DNA from: Candidatus Latescibacterota bacterium
GTDB taxonomy: Bacteria; Latescibacterota; UBA2968; UBA8231
Length of the DNA: 64,000 nt
Assembly: GCA_965217585.1 (NCBI GenBank)
Contig: OZ244561.1
Coordinates: 4,096,001 to 4,160,000 of the forward strand
Reading direction: 5' to 3'
Shown here piece after piece: positions 9,036 to 20,170 of this stretch (within the stretch, counting starts at the first letter, position 1; every line of letters starts with the position of its first letter). The notes beneath the pieces are model-generated. The model did not search any database. It was not told where the DNA came from and worked only from the letters and a program-made list of their open reading frames with translations. Both the position numbers and the translations under genes were made by a program.

Positions 9036-11132
9036 TCAACGCGCTTCTGCCGCTGTCAGCACCATCTGCCCAACCTCGTCCACACGCACTTGGTACTGAG
9101 GATGGACGACGGTGGTTGAATCAATCTCCTCGACGATGGCCGGCCCTTGTACCATCGCACCAGCCCCCAACGCATAGCGGTCGTACACCGGGCAATCGAC
9201 GAATCCCTCGCTCTCGGCGAAATACACCGGGCGCTGTCCTTTGGCCGTCACTTCTCCGGTTGCCTGTGCCAGCGGTGCCAGCGCGGGTTTGGCGATCTGG
9301 CCGATGGCCGAGAGCCGCACACTGACTAGCTCGACGTCCTCACCCGGAGCGCTAAAGCCATAGGCGCGATCGTGCGTGCGGTGGAACTGTTCCAATAGCT
9401 GCGTTAGCTGCGCTGAACCCAAGGCTTCGGTTGTCAACGGCAGCGTCAGCTCGTGGCTTTGCCCAACGTAGCGCAGATCCGCTTGGCGTCTGAAGTCCAT
9501 CGCCGCTTCCGCCATCCCTTCGCGCCCAAGCGTTTCTCGCCCTTGTGCCTCTAACTCGCGAAAGGTCTGCTCCAAGGCTTGGGGAGCTACTTGGTCCAGT
9601 CGCTGGATGAGGGTGGTCGCGTAATCGTGTTTTAAGTCCGTCACCAACAGTCCTAGGGCCGAGGCCGTGCCCGGACTTTGGGGAATGATCGCCACGGGAA
9701 TCTCGGTCAGAGCGGCGAGGCGATTGGCGTGAGCCGGCCCTGCGCCACCAAAGGCCACCAGCGCGAAGTCGCGCGGGTCGTAGCCGCGCTGCACGGAAAC
9801 CAGCCGCAGCGCGTTGACCATGGCGGTGTTGGCGATCTCGACGATGCCGTGGGCAGCCTCTACCAAGTCCATGCCCAGCGGCTGCGCGCAGTGTTGTTCG
9901 ATGGCGCGTTGTGCCGCCGTTGGGTCTAGGGCGATCTCGCCGCCAAGGAAATAGCTCGGGTTGAGCCGCCCCAATACGAGGTTGGCGTCGGTGACCGTGG
10001 GTTGCGTCCCGCCTTGGCCATAGCAAGCCGGCCCAGGATCGGCCCCGGCGCTTTGGGGCCCGACCCGCAGGATGCCGCCCGGATCCACCCAGGCGATGGA
10101 CCCACCTCCCGCGCCGATTTCCACGAGGTCGATTACTGGTGTGCGGATTGGATAGCCGGCCCCCCGAGTCGCTCCGACGCCCGTTTGCGCTGTCGTCCCG
10201 ACCTCGTAGTCCTTGGTCACGCTGGGCGTGCCGCCTTGGATCAGCCCGGCTTTGGCGGTCGTCCCGCCCATATCGAAGGAAATCACTTGATCGTAGCCCC
10301 GCGCCTGCCCCAGATGCGCCGCCGCAATTACCCCGGCAGCCGGACCGGACTCAACCATGTACACCGGCTTTTGCCGCGCCGCCGCAAAGGTGTACACCCC
10401 GCCGCTACTCTGCATAACCAGCAGCTCGGCGGCGATACCGGCCTGTGCCAACCGATCTTCGATCCGCTGCAAATAGCGCGCAACCACCGGGCGGATGCAG
10501 CTATTGATCACGGTCGTGCTGGCCCGCAAGTACTCGCGGAACTCGGGCGCAACTTCCGCCGACAGCGAGACGACGGCCTCGGGAAAGACCTCGGCGATAA
10601 TCTCCCCGGCCCGCCGCTCGTGGGCCGGATTGGCGTAGGCGTGCAGAAAGCAGACGGCGATGGACTCGACGCCCTCGTCGCGCAGCTTGTTGGCTACTTG
10701 GCGCAGGGCGTCTTCGTCAAGTGGAGCAAGTACTTGGCCTTGTGCGTCTAGGCGCTCGGGTACGCCAAAACAGCGGTGGCGCGGCACGAGCGGACGCGGC
10801 TTTTCAAACTGCAAGTCGTAGAGGGTGGGGCGGATCTGGCGGGCGATTTCCAGCATATCGCGGAAGCCCTCGGTGGTGATAAAGCCGGTCGGCGCGACCT
10901 TGCCTTCGATGATGGCGTTGGTGGCTACCGTGGTGCCGTGGACGATGTAGGCCACGTCTTGGGCGGCGACCTGCTGCTTGGCGAGCAGTCGCTGCACAGC
11001 TTCCATAAACCCGCCGGATGGGTCTTGGGGGGTCGAGGAGACCTTGCCGGTATAGATTTGCCCAGTCGCTTCGTCAATGAGCGCAATGTCGGTAAAGGTG
11101 CCGCCGATATCGACGCCGAGTCTATAGGCCAT
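9036..11132 (-). CDS. Hydantoinase/oxoprolinase subunit A
   Basis: MAYRLGVDIGGTFTD, HGTTVATNA, ESGPAAG, DMGGTT, GAGGGSIA and AFGGAGP motifs. Confidence 0.92.
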   Translation of the reverse strand: MAYRLGVDIGGTFTDIALIDEATGQIYTGKVSSTPQDPSGGFMEAVQRLLAKQQVAAQDVAYIVHGTTVATNAIIEGKVAPTGFITTEGFRDMLEIARQIRPTLYDLQFEKPRPLVPRHRCFGVPERLDAQGQVLAPLDEDALRQVANKLRDEGVESIAVCFLHAYANPAHERRAGEIIAEVFPEAVVSLSAEVAPEFREYLRASTTVINSCIRPVVARYLQRIEDRLAQAGIAAELLVMQSSGGVYTFAAARQKPVYMVESGPAAGVIAAAHLGQARGYDQVISFDMGGTTAKAGLIQGGTPSVTKDYEVGTTAQTGVGATRGAGYPIRTPVIDLVEIGAGGGSIAWVDPGGILRVGPQSAGADPGPACYGQGGTQPTVTDANLVLGRLNPSYFLGGEIALDPTAAQRAIEQHCAQPLGMDLVEAAHGIVEIANTAMVNALRLVSVQRGYDPRDFALVAFGGAGPAHANRLAALTEIPVAIIPQSPGTASALGLLVTDLKHDYATTLIQRLDQVAPQALEQTFRELEAQGRETLGREGMAEAAMDFRRQADLRYVGQSHELTLPLTTEALGSAQLTQLLEQFHRTHDRAYGFSAPGEDVELVSVRLSAIGQIAKPALAPLAQATGEVTAKGQRPVYFAESEGFVDCPVYDRYALGAGAMVQGPAIVEEIDSTTVVHPQYQVRVDEVGQMVLTAAEAR

Positions 11133-12858
11133 CGCTTGCCATTTCCCGCCGCTGGGCCTCGGTCGCCGCTTGATCGACTTGCCCAGTGGCGCTGTCGATG
11201 ACCACGCCATACGCGGCCCGCGCCCGCTCCGCGCTCACCTTGCCCTCGCGCACATCCTCGGCCACCGCTTGGGGGTCGCGCTGATGGGGTGGACCATAGC
11301 CGCCGCCGCCGCAAGTGCGATAGCTGAATACCGTATCGGCCGCCAGCGCGATTGTCGTCTTGGACCCCAATTCGACGTGCTGGCCTTCGGGGTCGAGGAT
11401 ATACCGAGCCTTGCCCCCGGCTTGTCCCCCGGCCAGCCCTTCCGGCCCCCAGCGGTCCCGATCCGACAAAACGGTAAAGGACACTTCGTGATCGATAAAT
11501 CGGTAGTCGCGCCGCAGTCCCAAGCCGCCGCGATACTGCCCAGCCCCCTCCGAGTCTTCTATCAGCTCATAGCGGTCAATCCGCAGCGGGTAGTTGATTT
11601 CGATCTCCTCAATCGGCGCGTTCTCCGTGTTTTGACCGTGGCACTGCACGGCGTCTGGCCCGTCTTTGGTACTGCGCCCCCCATAGCCGCCGGCCATCGT
11701 CTCGTAGTAGGAATAAAGCTGCCCAGTGCGTGGGTCCGTGCCACCAAAGCCCACTTGGCACATCGTCCCCTTGGTCGCGGCCGGAATCTTATCGGGCAGC
11801 GCCGGATGCAGTGCCTTGAGAATGACATCGGTGAGCCGGACCTGGGTCTCCCAACCTCCAACCACTGGCGAGGGGGCCGTGCAGTTGACGACCGTCCCCT
11901 CGGGAGCCACGAGCCTCACCTGCGCGTAAAATCCGGCGTTGACCGGCACGTCTTGGTCGATCAGGCACTTGAGCACATAAGCGCAGGCCGCAAAGGTCTG
12001 GGAGTAGGTAGAATTGACCGGTGCTCGGCGCTGAGGATCGCACCCGGTTAGGTCGAAGAGCACCCCCTCGTCGTCGATGACGATGCGGACTTGGAGCCGC
12101 ACCGGCTCGTCGGTAAAGCCGTCGTTATCGACGACGCCTGCGGCAGTGAACTCCCCCTTGGGCAACTTGGCCAGCTCGGATAACGTCCGCTCCTTGGTGT
12201 AGTCGATGAGCCGATCCATGTAGAAAGACGCCTGCGCCAACCCCACCTGCTCGACGAGGGAGTTGAGCCGGCGAATCCCCGAATTATTGGCCGCCACTTG
12301 GGCGCGAAAATCGCCGCGCGTCTCCCGCTTGGAGCGGATCTGGGCGATGACGAGTTCAAAGACATCGGCCGCAATCTCTCCCCGGCGCACCAGCTTTACC
12401 GGAGGAATGATGATGCCCTCCTGATACACCTGCTGGAAGGCACCGATGCTGGCCGGCGCGCCGCCCCCGACATCGACGTGATGGGCCAGATTGGCCACAT
12501 AGCCGAAGAGTTCCTCGCCGCAATAGACGGGCGAAATCAGTGTGATGTCGTTGAGATGGACTCCGCCGCGATAGGGGTCGTTGACGAGGATTGCGTCCCC
12601 GGCCTGCAAGTTCTCTGGACCGTATTCGGCGACCGCGCGGGGCGTGAGGATTGTTAGCGAGCCGAGGTGTACTGGTTGGGTAAAGGCTTGGGCGATGGGT
12701 CGCAACTGGCGGTCGAAAAAGGCGCAGGAGAAATCGGCGCGGGTTTTGATGTTGGTCGAATACGCGCTGCGCCGGAGGGCAATGGCCATCTCCTCGGTGG
12801 CTTCGAGCAAGGCGTTGCGAATGACCTCGAATTGGATGGGGTCGATCTGGTCGGGCAT
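11122..12858 (-). CDS. Hydantoinase B/oxoprolinase subunit
   Basis: DPIQFEVIRNAL, DFSCA, NDPYRGGVHLND, HHVDVGG and TCGGGGYGPP motifs; overlaps the start of subunit A. Confidence 0.92.
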   Translation of the reverse strand: MPDQIDPIQFEVIRNALLEATEEMAIALRRSAYSTNIKTRADFSCAFFDRQLRPIAQAFTQPVHLGSLTILTPRAVAEYGPENLQAGDAILVNDPYRGGVHLNDITLISPVYCGEELFGYVANLAHHVDVGGGAPASIGAFQQVYQEGIIIPPVKLVRRGEIAADVFELVIAQIRSKRETRGDFRAQVAANNSGIRRLNSLVEQVGLAQASFYMDRLIDYTKERTLSELAKLPKGEFTAAGVVDNDGFTDEPVRLQVRIVIDDEGVLFDLTGCDPQRRAPVNSTYSQTFAACAYVLKCLIDQDVPVNAGFYAQVRLVAPEGTVVNCTAPSPVVGGWETQVRLTDVILKALHPALPDKIPAATKGTMCQVGFGGTDPRTGQLYSYYETMAGGYGGRSTKDGPDAVQCHGQNTENAPIEEIEINYPLRIDRYELIEDSEGAGQYRGGLGLRRDYRFIDHEVSFTVLSDRDRWGPEGLAGGQAGGKARYILDPEGQHVELGSKTTIALAADTVFSYRTCGGGGYGPPHQRDPQAVAEDVREGKVSAERARAAYGVVIDSATGQVDQAATEAQRREMASDGL

Positions 12859-12931
12859 GGTTTCTCGTGGTTTAAATGGGTTGGGTAATATATGACAGAC
12901 GCCGCTCGGGGTCAGCGGCGGGCGTGTCTGT

Positions 12932-13855
12932 TTAGACTGCGATTCGAGCCAGGTAAATACTGGTTTTTCCTTCGTGCGACGAATAGTAACTCATCCACAG
13001 CAGGCCCTCGTGTTCGACCATGCCGGGGTAGCTACAGTCGCCGCCGCTGGGTAGCCACAGCACCGGCTCATAACTGGTCAGAGTCATCCGCGCTAGGACC
13101 ATGGCTGCGCCACCTTCGGGATGCCGCCCGCGAGCACCGGCCCACAGCGCACCATCGGACCAGCGGATAAAATTAGGCCCTCCCATCCCCTCGTTGATCT
13201 GGGTCCACTGCCAGTCCGTGTACGGAGACTGGCTGGTCCCGATCCAGTCGGGCCGCACTAGGGCAATCATGGTACCGTCGGGCATAAAGCGCAGTGTGGT
13301 CTCGCTGGCCGTCCAAGTGTCATTGGGCAGGAAGAACTCGGTGATCCACTGCCAGTCGAGGCCGTCGGTGCTGGAGTAGAGAAACCCCCGGCGCGGATAG
13401 GACCCCTCGCCCAGCTTCGATACGCTGTAGGCGGTTTCCTCGTGCCAGGTGACGCGCCACAGCCAGTGGTCTTCCGCCAGCACTTTCTGCGGCGTAGTCC
13501 AGGTGTAGCCGTCGTCCGAAAAGGCAATGCGCGGTGCGCGGGTGCGGTACTCGGTGCCCGCGTACAGGCTGCCGCCGGCCACCAGCATCAGGCGTCCGTC
13601 GCTGGTGATCGACAGCTTGGGATCGCGCAGGTCCACCTCCTGTTCTACCAGGACTGCTGCCGACTTCCATACGCGGCCATCGTCTGAGCAAATGACGCGC
13701 ACGGTGCCGATACTCGGCCCGTGGTCTTGGGCCTCGCGGAAGGTAGACCACCACTGATCGGCGAAGCGCATCAGATCGGTGAAGGCGTTGTGCGGGCCGC
13801 GGTCCCAAATCTTCTCGACCGAGAGGATTTGCGGGGTTGTAGGGTGCGTATTCAT
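12932..13855 (-). CDS. BNR/Asp-box (sialidase-like) beta-propeller protein
   Basis: Asp-boxes SDDGRVW, SDDGYTW and STDGLDW; HNAFTDL, LRDPKL and GDCSYPG motifs. Confidence 0.75.
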   Translation of the reverse strand: MNTHPTTPQILSVEKIWDRGPHNAFTDLMRFADQWWSTFREAQDHGPSIGTVRVICSDDGRVWKSAAVLVEQEVDLRDPKLSITSDGRLMLVAGGSLYAGTEYRTRAPRIAFSDDGYTWTTPQKVLAEDHWLWRVTWHEETAYSVSKLGEGSYPRRGFLYSSTDGLDWQWITEFFLPNDTWTASETTLRFMPDGTMIALVRPDWIGTSQSPYTDWQWTQINEGMGGPNFIRWSDGALWAGARGRHPEGGAAMVLARMTLTSYEPVLWLPSGGDCSYPGMVEHEGLLWMSYYSSHEGKTSIYLARIAV

Positions 13856-14021
13856 CGTTCGTCTCCTCGTTAGACTTGGCGCGAAAGCTGTTTCACGTCC
13901 CCTTCTACGTCAAGTGTTACTCTACCGTTGATGTGACGGCTCGTTGACATATCGGGTATGCAAGTTTGATTATGATGCACTACACGCAAGTTGCACTGGC
14001 TCCAGAACGAAAATTGAGATC

Positions 14022-15527
14022 ATGCTTGGGCAAACCACAATTTTTGCCGACTCTGGCCTCCCGCCTGCTCTCGTCGATAATTTGCGGCGTTTCAATCCGT
14101 GGTGGGAAGGCGAAGCGATGCCGCTGCAGCCGACGACGAGGCGGCATTTGGTGGCGCAGATGCGCCGGCGTTTGGATGCCAATATCGCGCCGATTGTCGT
14201 CGTTCGAGGTCCGCGCCAGATCGGCAAGACCACGGCGCAATTTCAAATCATTCAAGACTTGCTCGACGAGGGCGTGGATCCGAAACGGATTCTTCGCGTC
14301 CAGTTCGACGATCTTGGGACCTTGACCAAGTTGCCGGAACCGATCTTGCGCATTTCGGATTGGTTCGAGCGGCGCATTACCCCAAAGCGGTTCAATGCGT
14401 TAGCTCAAGCCGGCGCAACGGCCTACTTGTTTTTTGACGAAATTCAAAACCTCGATGGTTGGGATGTGCAACTCAAGTCGTTGGTTGATAACGCTTCCGT
14501 CAAAGTGGTCGTCACCGGCAGTTCGGCCCTGCGCATCGAATTGGGGCGGGACAGTCTCGCTGGCCGGATCAATACGATCGAAGCAGGCGTCCTTTCGCTC
14601 ACTGAGATTGGTGCGCTGCGCGGCTTTGAGACGCCGGAACCCTTTCTCGGAGATAATAGTCTGGCGAATCTGTTAGACAAGGAGTTTTGGCGTGGTTTGC
14701 GCGAATACGGGATTGAACATGGAGCATTTCGCGCAGAGGCATTCGTTCATTTTTCGGAGCGCGGCGGCTATCCCATCGTCCATCGCGAGAAAGAGGCAGA
14801 ATTTTCTCAACTGGCCGATCACCTCAACGAGACGGTCATCAAAAGGGTCATTCAGCACGATCTGAGAATCGGCGAGCGGGGACGCAAGCGAGATGAGAAT
14901 CTCTTGGAAGAATTGTTCCGGCTGGTTTGCCGCTATGCCGGTCAGACCCCGAGGACATCCACCTTAGCGGAAGAAGCGCGGATCTCGCTGGATGCGAACA
15001 TTGGCTCCCAGCGCGTTACCTCCTATCTGAAGTTCCTTGGGGATACGCTCTTATTGCGCCTTATTCCACCGCTGGAGATTCGTCTCAAGCGCAGGCGAGG
15101 CAGTCCGAAACTCTGCCTAGTGGACCATGGGCTCAGAGCTAGTTGGCTGCAAGAACACATTCCCCTTGTACCGGATCAACTAGCGCAGCGCCCTGAACTC
15201 ACGACGTTGGCTGGTCATTTGGCTGAGAGTATTTTTGGCTCGGTTGCGTCAACGATTCACGGCTTAGACATTGCTCATTTCCCCGAAAGAGGTACGGACC
15301 AGGAAGTTGACTTTGTATTGACGGTCGGCAGCGTGCGCATCCCGGTAGAGATCAAATATCAGAGACGCATAGATCCATTCCGCGATACGTTGGGTTTGCG
15401 CTCGTTTTTGGAAAAATCCGTAAATAATGCGCCGTTCGGAATTCTGGTGACGCAAGATAATTCCGGCACGGTGGACGATCCGCGAATCGTCAGTTTGCCA
15501 TTATCAACCTTCATGATGCTCCGCTGA
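14022..15527 (+). CDS. AAA_14-type ATPase with C-terminal DUF4143-like PD-(D/E)XK domain
   Basis: NPWW, Walker A GPRQIGKT, Walker B LFFDEIQ, VTGSS, GGYP; C-terminal EVDFVL...PVEIKY. Confidence 0.85.
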   Translation: MLGQTTIFADSGLPPALVDNLRRFNPWWEGEAMPLQPTTRRHLVAQMRRRLDANIAPIVVVRGPRQIGKTTAQFQIIQDLLDEGVDPKRILRVQFDDLGTLTKLPEPILRISDWFERRITPKRFNALAQAGATAYLFFDEIQNLDGWDVQLKSLVDNASVKVVVTGSSALRIELGRDSLAGRINTIEAGVLSLTEIGALRGFETPEPFLGDNSLANLLDKEFWRGLREYGIEHGAFRAEAFVHFSERGGYPIVHREKEAEFSQLADHLNETVIKRVIQHDLRIGERGRKRDENLLEELFRLVCRYAGQTPRTSTLAEEARISLDANIGSQRVTSYLKFLGDTLLLRLIPPLEIRLKRRRGSPKLCLVDHGLRASWLQEHIPLVPDQLAQRPELTTLAGHLAESIFGSVASTIHGLDIAHFPERGTDQEVDFVLTVGSVRIPVEIKYQRRIDPFRDTLGLRSFLEKSVNNAPFGILVTQDNSGTVDDPRIVSLPLSTFMMLR

Positions 15528-15644
15528 ATGGCTTAGCTTCTCCTCTCGACCTTCATCGGTTAGTAATCGGCGACGGACCCGTCCCAGTGCCGATTGTCCG
15601 GCCATTTGAACGTCTATATTGGTCTGGATTTCCAGCCATTTTTT

Positions 15645-15681
15645 ATTATGTTTCTTAAACATAATGTTTGAGAAGCATAAT
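15645..15681. promoter_or_regulatory. Two overlapping 21-bp operator-like palindromes upstream of the ATPase gene
   Basis: ATTATGTTT-CTT-AAACATAAT (15645-15665, perfect arms) and ATAATGTTT-GAG-AAGCATAAT (15661-15681). Confidence 0.6.
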
Positions 15682-15695
15682 AGGGAAGCTATGCC

Positions 15696-17069
15696 ATGCG
15701 CCTCGAGTTTTTGGACAGAACGCGGGAAGTTGATCGACTGACCAAGGCCCTCGCTGCCCAAGATCCCGGTTTTATCGTGGTCTTCGGCCGGCGTCGATGC
15801 GGCAAGTCAACTCTTTTACAGCAGGTGATTCGCCCAGGCGATATCTACTACGCGGCCGACCAGCGCGCAGCCCCTCTGCAACGCCGCACTCTAGCCGGGG
15901 AAGTGGCTCGGCGCATTCTGGGCTTTGCCGCGGTCGAATACCCGTCTTGGCTGGCCCTGCTCCAGACTTTGGACGCCCGCGCCGAGATAGGCACTTGTTT
16001 GGTCTTGGACGAGTTTCCCTATCTAGTGCAGATCTCACCCGAATTGCCCAGCCTAGTGCAAAAATTCCTCGACGACCCCGCCCGCCGTATCCATCTGGCC
16101 ATCTGCGGTTCGTCCCAAGGGATGATGCAGGGCCTAATCCTCAACGCCGCCGCGCCCTTGTACGGCCGGGCGAGCCAAGTGCTGGCGATCCGTCCTCTGG
16201 CTCCCTTTTGGATACAGCAAGCCCTCGAGGTCCACGGTACTGAAGCCATTGAACAGTATGCGGTTTGGGGCGGCGTGCCGCGCTACTGGGAACTCGCTCG
16301 GGATTGCACCGGCCTGCAAGCCGCCATCGAGGAACTGGTGCTCGACAAATACGGCGTCCTCCACAGCGAACCCGAGCGCCTGTTGCTCGACGACATGCGC
16401 AGCTCCGTGCAGGCTAATTCCCTGCTGTCGCTTATCGCCAATGGCTGCCATCGACTCACCGAAATCGGTGCGCGGCTGGGCAAACCCGCAGGTCATTTGG
16501 CCCGCCCCCTCGCCCAGTTGATCGAACTGGGCTATATCCGGCGGGAAGTGCCCTTTGGCGAGACCACCAAATCGACTAGGCGCTCTCTATACAAACTGAA
16601 CGACCCGTTTCTGATCTTCTGGTACCGCTATGTCCAGCCCAACCGGTCGCTGTTGGAACGCGATTTAATCGACGATGTATCCCGCGCTATTAGGCCAACT
16701 TTTGCGCAGCACGTCGCCGATATATGGGAGGATCTAGCCCGATTGTCCACAGCCGCCCTGCCCGTTGGCAATATCCGGTGGAAACCAGCCCAGCGGTGGT
16801 GGGGGCGCGGCTTGGACGGGCAGCCAATGGAGATCGACTTGGTCGCTGAGTCCCTCGATGGCGAGGCCCTGTTGCTGGGCGAAGTCAAATGGCGGGAGCG
16901 GCCGAATCAGGGCGCTGTTTTCGACCGTTTGCGCTACTGCGCGGCAAACTTTCCCCAAGCCCGAGGAAGGGAGACGATCCTAGGGGCTTGGCTCAAGCGG
17001 GGGACCGCTAAAACCCAACCAAGAGAATTCGTCGTCCATCCAGCAGGAACGCTGGCGGTGCTGCGCTGA
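15696..17069 (+). CDS. Archaeal-type AAA ATPase (ATPase_2) with DUF234-like nuclease domain
   Basis: FLDRTRE, GRRRCGKS, LDEFPYL, CGSS, PLYGR, GGVPRY; C-terminal EIDLVAE...GEVKW. Confidence 0.85.
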   Translation: MRLEFLDRTREVDRLTKALAAQDPGFIVVFGRRRCGKSTLLQQVIRPGDIYYAADQRAAPLQRRTLAGEVARRILGFAAVEYPSWLALLQTLDARAEIGTCLVLDEFPYLVQISPELPSLVQKFLDDPARRIHLAICGSSQGMMQGLILNAAAPLYGRASQVLAIRPLAPFWIQQALEVHGTEAIEQYAVWGGVPRYWELARDCTGLQAAIEELVLDKYGVLHSEPERLLLDDMRSSVQANSLLSLIANGCHRLTEIGARLGKPAGHLARPLAQLIELGYIRREVPFGETTKSTRRSLYKLNDPFLIFWYRYVQPNRSLLERDLIDDVSRAIRPTFAQHVADIWEDLARLSTAALPVGNIRWKPAQRWWGRGLDGQPMEIDLVAESLDGEALLLGEVKWRERPNQGAVFDRLRYCAANFPQARGRETILGAWLKRGTAKTQPREFVVHPAGTLAVLR

Positions 17070-17202
17070 GTGAGTCGCGCGAACAGCTTCATCCGGGCGA
17101 GACAGGATTTTCGCAAGCATTGACGGCTTGATGGCCCCGTCTATCTTTCGAGTCGAGTCGTTTTCGCCGGATGGCCACATCCCGACAAAGAAGGACCGAA
17201 CC

Positions 17203-18681
<1,479 letters not shown>

Positions 18682-18712
18682 GGAGGTCGTGGGCGAGACC
18701 CAGGAGGTAGCA

Positions 18713-20119
18713 ATGGAAGACAGAATCGAAGAAGCGATCGTCGCCGAGATCGAGGCGCGGTCCGAGGCTTGGGAAAACCTGCTCGTGCTGGCCGACGACA
18801 TCGGCGTGCGCGTAGCCGGCAGCGAGGGGGAGGTCCGGGCCCGGGACTTCCTGCTGCAGACCTTGCAGCGCTATGGACTCGACCGCGTCCACTTGGAGCC
18901 TTTCGAGTACCGCGCTTGGCGGCCGCAGCGCGAAGAGTTGACCGTGGTGGTGCCGGAGGCCGGACGCTCGATTCTGTGTCGATGCGGAGGGTTGTCGCCT
19001 TCGACCCCGGAGCAGGGAGTGGAAGGAGAGGTCGTGTTCCTCGAACGCTGCGATGCCGAGGAGCTGGCGCAGCGGGCCGACGAGGTGCGCGGCCGCATCG
19101 CGGTGGCACCCTACTACCCCTTTGCCCGCCAGCTAAAGACGCCCTTGGCAGCGCGCTTCGGCGCGGTGGCACTTCTCGAGCACCGCAACTACGCCGGTGC
19201 TCTGCAGCCGGCCCGCACCTGCTGCTTCCAGCGGGTCGGCGACCTGCCGGTGGCCTCGATCAGTCTCGAAGACGCCGAGTACCTCAAGCGTCTGCAGCAG
19301 CGGCGCGGACCGGTGCGTCTGCGGTTGGTCCTCGACAGCCGCATCGAGCCCAAGGAGTCGTGGAACGTGGTCGGCGAGTTGATCGGGGCCGAGCATCCGC
19401 AGCAGATCCTGGTCTGCGGCGGCCACTACGACACTTGGCACGTGGGCCCTGGCGCTATTGACAACGCCGCGGGCGTGGTCGCCGTGGTCGAGGCGGCGCG
19501 AGCCCTCGCCGTGCACCGCGAGCACCTGCGGCGCACGGTGCGGTTCGTCGCCTTCGGGGTCGAGGAGTCGGGACTGGTCGGGTCCTGGGCGTACACGCAG
19601 CGCCACGCTGGCGAACTCGACGACACTTGGCTGATGATCAATAACGACGGCGGCGGCCGGCCCTCGGGGCTGGGAATCGCCGGGGCCGAGGATCTGCTGC
19701 CGGTCCTGGAGGCGGTGGCGAGTCGCGTGCGAGTGGATGGGCTCGAAAAGCCCTTCGGCGCGTCCTGCGGCACGACGAGTTGGGGTTCCGATCACTTCCC
19801 GTTCTTCGCCCACGGCGTGCCCACCGTGGGTCTGGGCACGGAGTCGGTATCGCCCGAGGATCGCTTCTATGGCCACAGCCGGGCCGACACCGCGGACAAG
19901 GTCTATCCCCGGGGCCTGAGCGAGTGCGCGGCGATCAACGCGCGGGTGCTGTTCGAGATGGCCAACCTCGACGAGCGTCCGGCGCGGCGGCGCACGCGGG
20001 AGGAGTTGGAGGCGTCCTTTGCCGGTGCGCCGCTGGCGGAGGCCCTCGAACTGCTCGACGTGTGGCCGCCGGAGCGGGCGCTGGCGAGGTATTTCGGTGG
20101 CCGGGAGGAGGAGGGATGA
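18713..20119 (+). CDS. M28-family metallopeptidase with PA domain
   Basis: RBS GGAGG; GGHYDTW, GAIDNAAG, GVEESGLVGS, SDHFPF and HSRADT zinc-ligand motifs. Confidence 0.85.
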   Translation: MEDRIEEAIVAEIEARSEAWENLLVLADDIGVRVAGSEGEVRARDFLLQTLQRYGLDRVHLEPFEYRAWRPQREELTVVVPEAGRSILCRCGGLSPSTPEQGVEGEVVFLERCDAEELAQRADEVRGRIAVAPYYPFARQLKTPLAARFGAVALLEHRNYAGALQPARTCCFQRVGDLPVASISLEDAEYLKRLQQRRGPVRLRLVLDSRIEPKESWNVVGELIGAEHPQQILVCGGHYDTWHVGPGAIDNAAGVVAVVEAARALAVHREHLRRTVRFVAFGVEESGLVGSWAYTQRHAGELDDTWLMINNDGGGRPSGLGIAGAEDLLPVLEAVASRVRVDGLEKPFGASCGTTSWGSDHFPFFAHGVPTVGLGTESVSPEDRFYGHSRADTADKVYPRGLSECAAINARVLFEMANLDERPARRRTREELEASFAGAPLAEALELLDVWPPERALARYFGGREEEG

Positions 20120-20170
20120 GTTACTCGGAGACTCCTAGCTCCCTTCGGTGCGGGGTTTGCCGGCGGCTGC

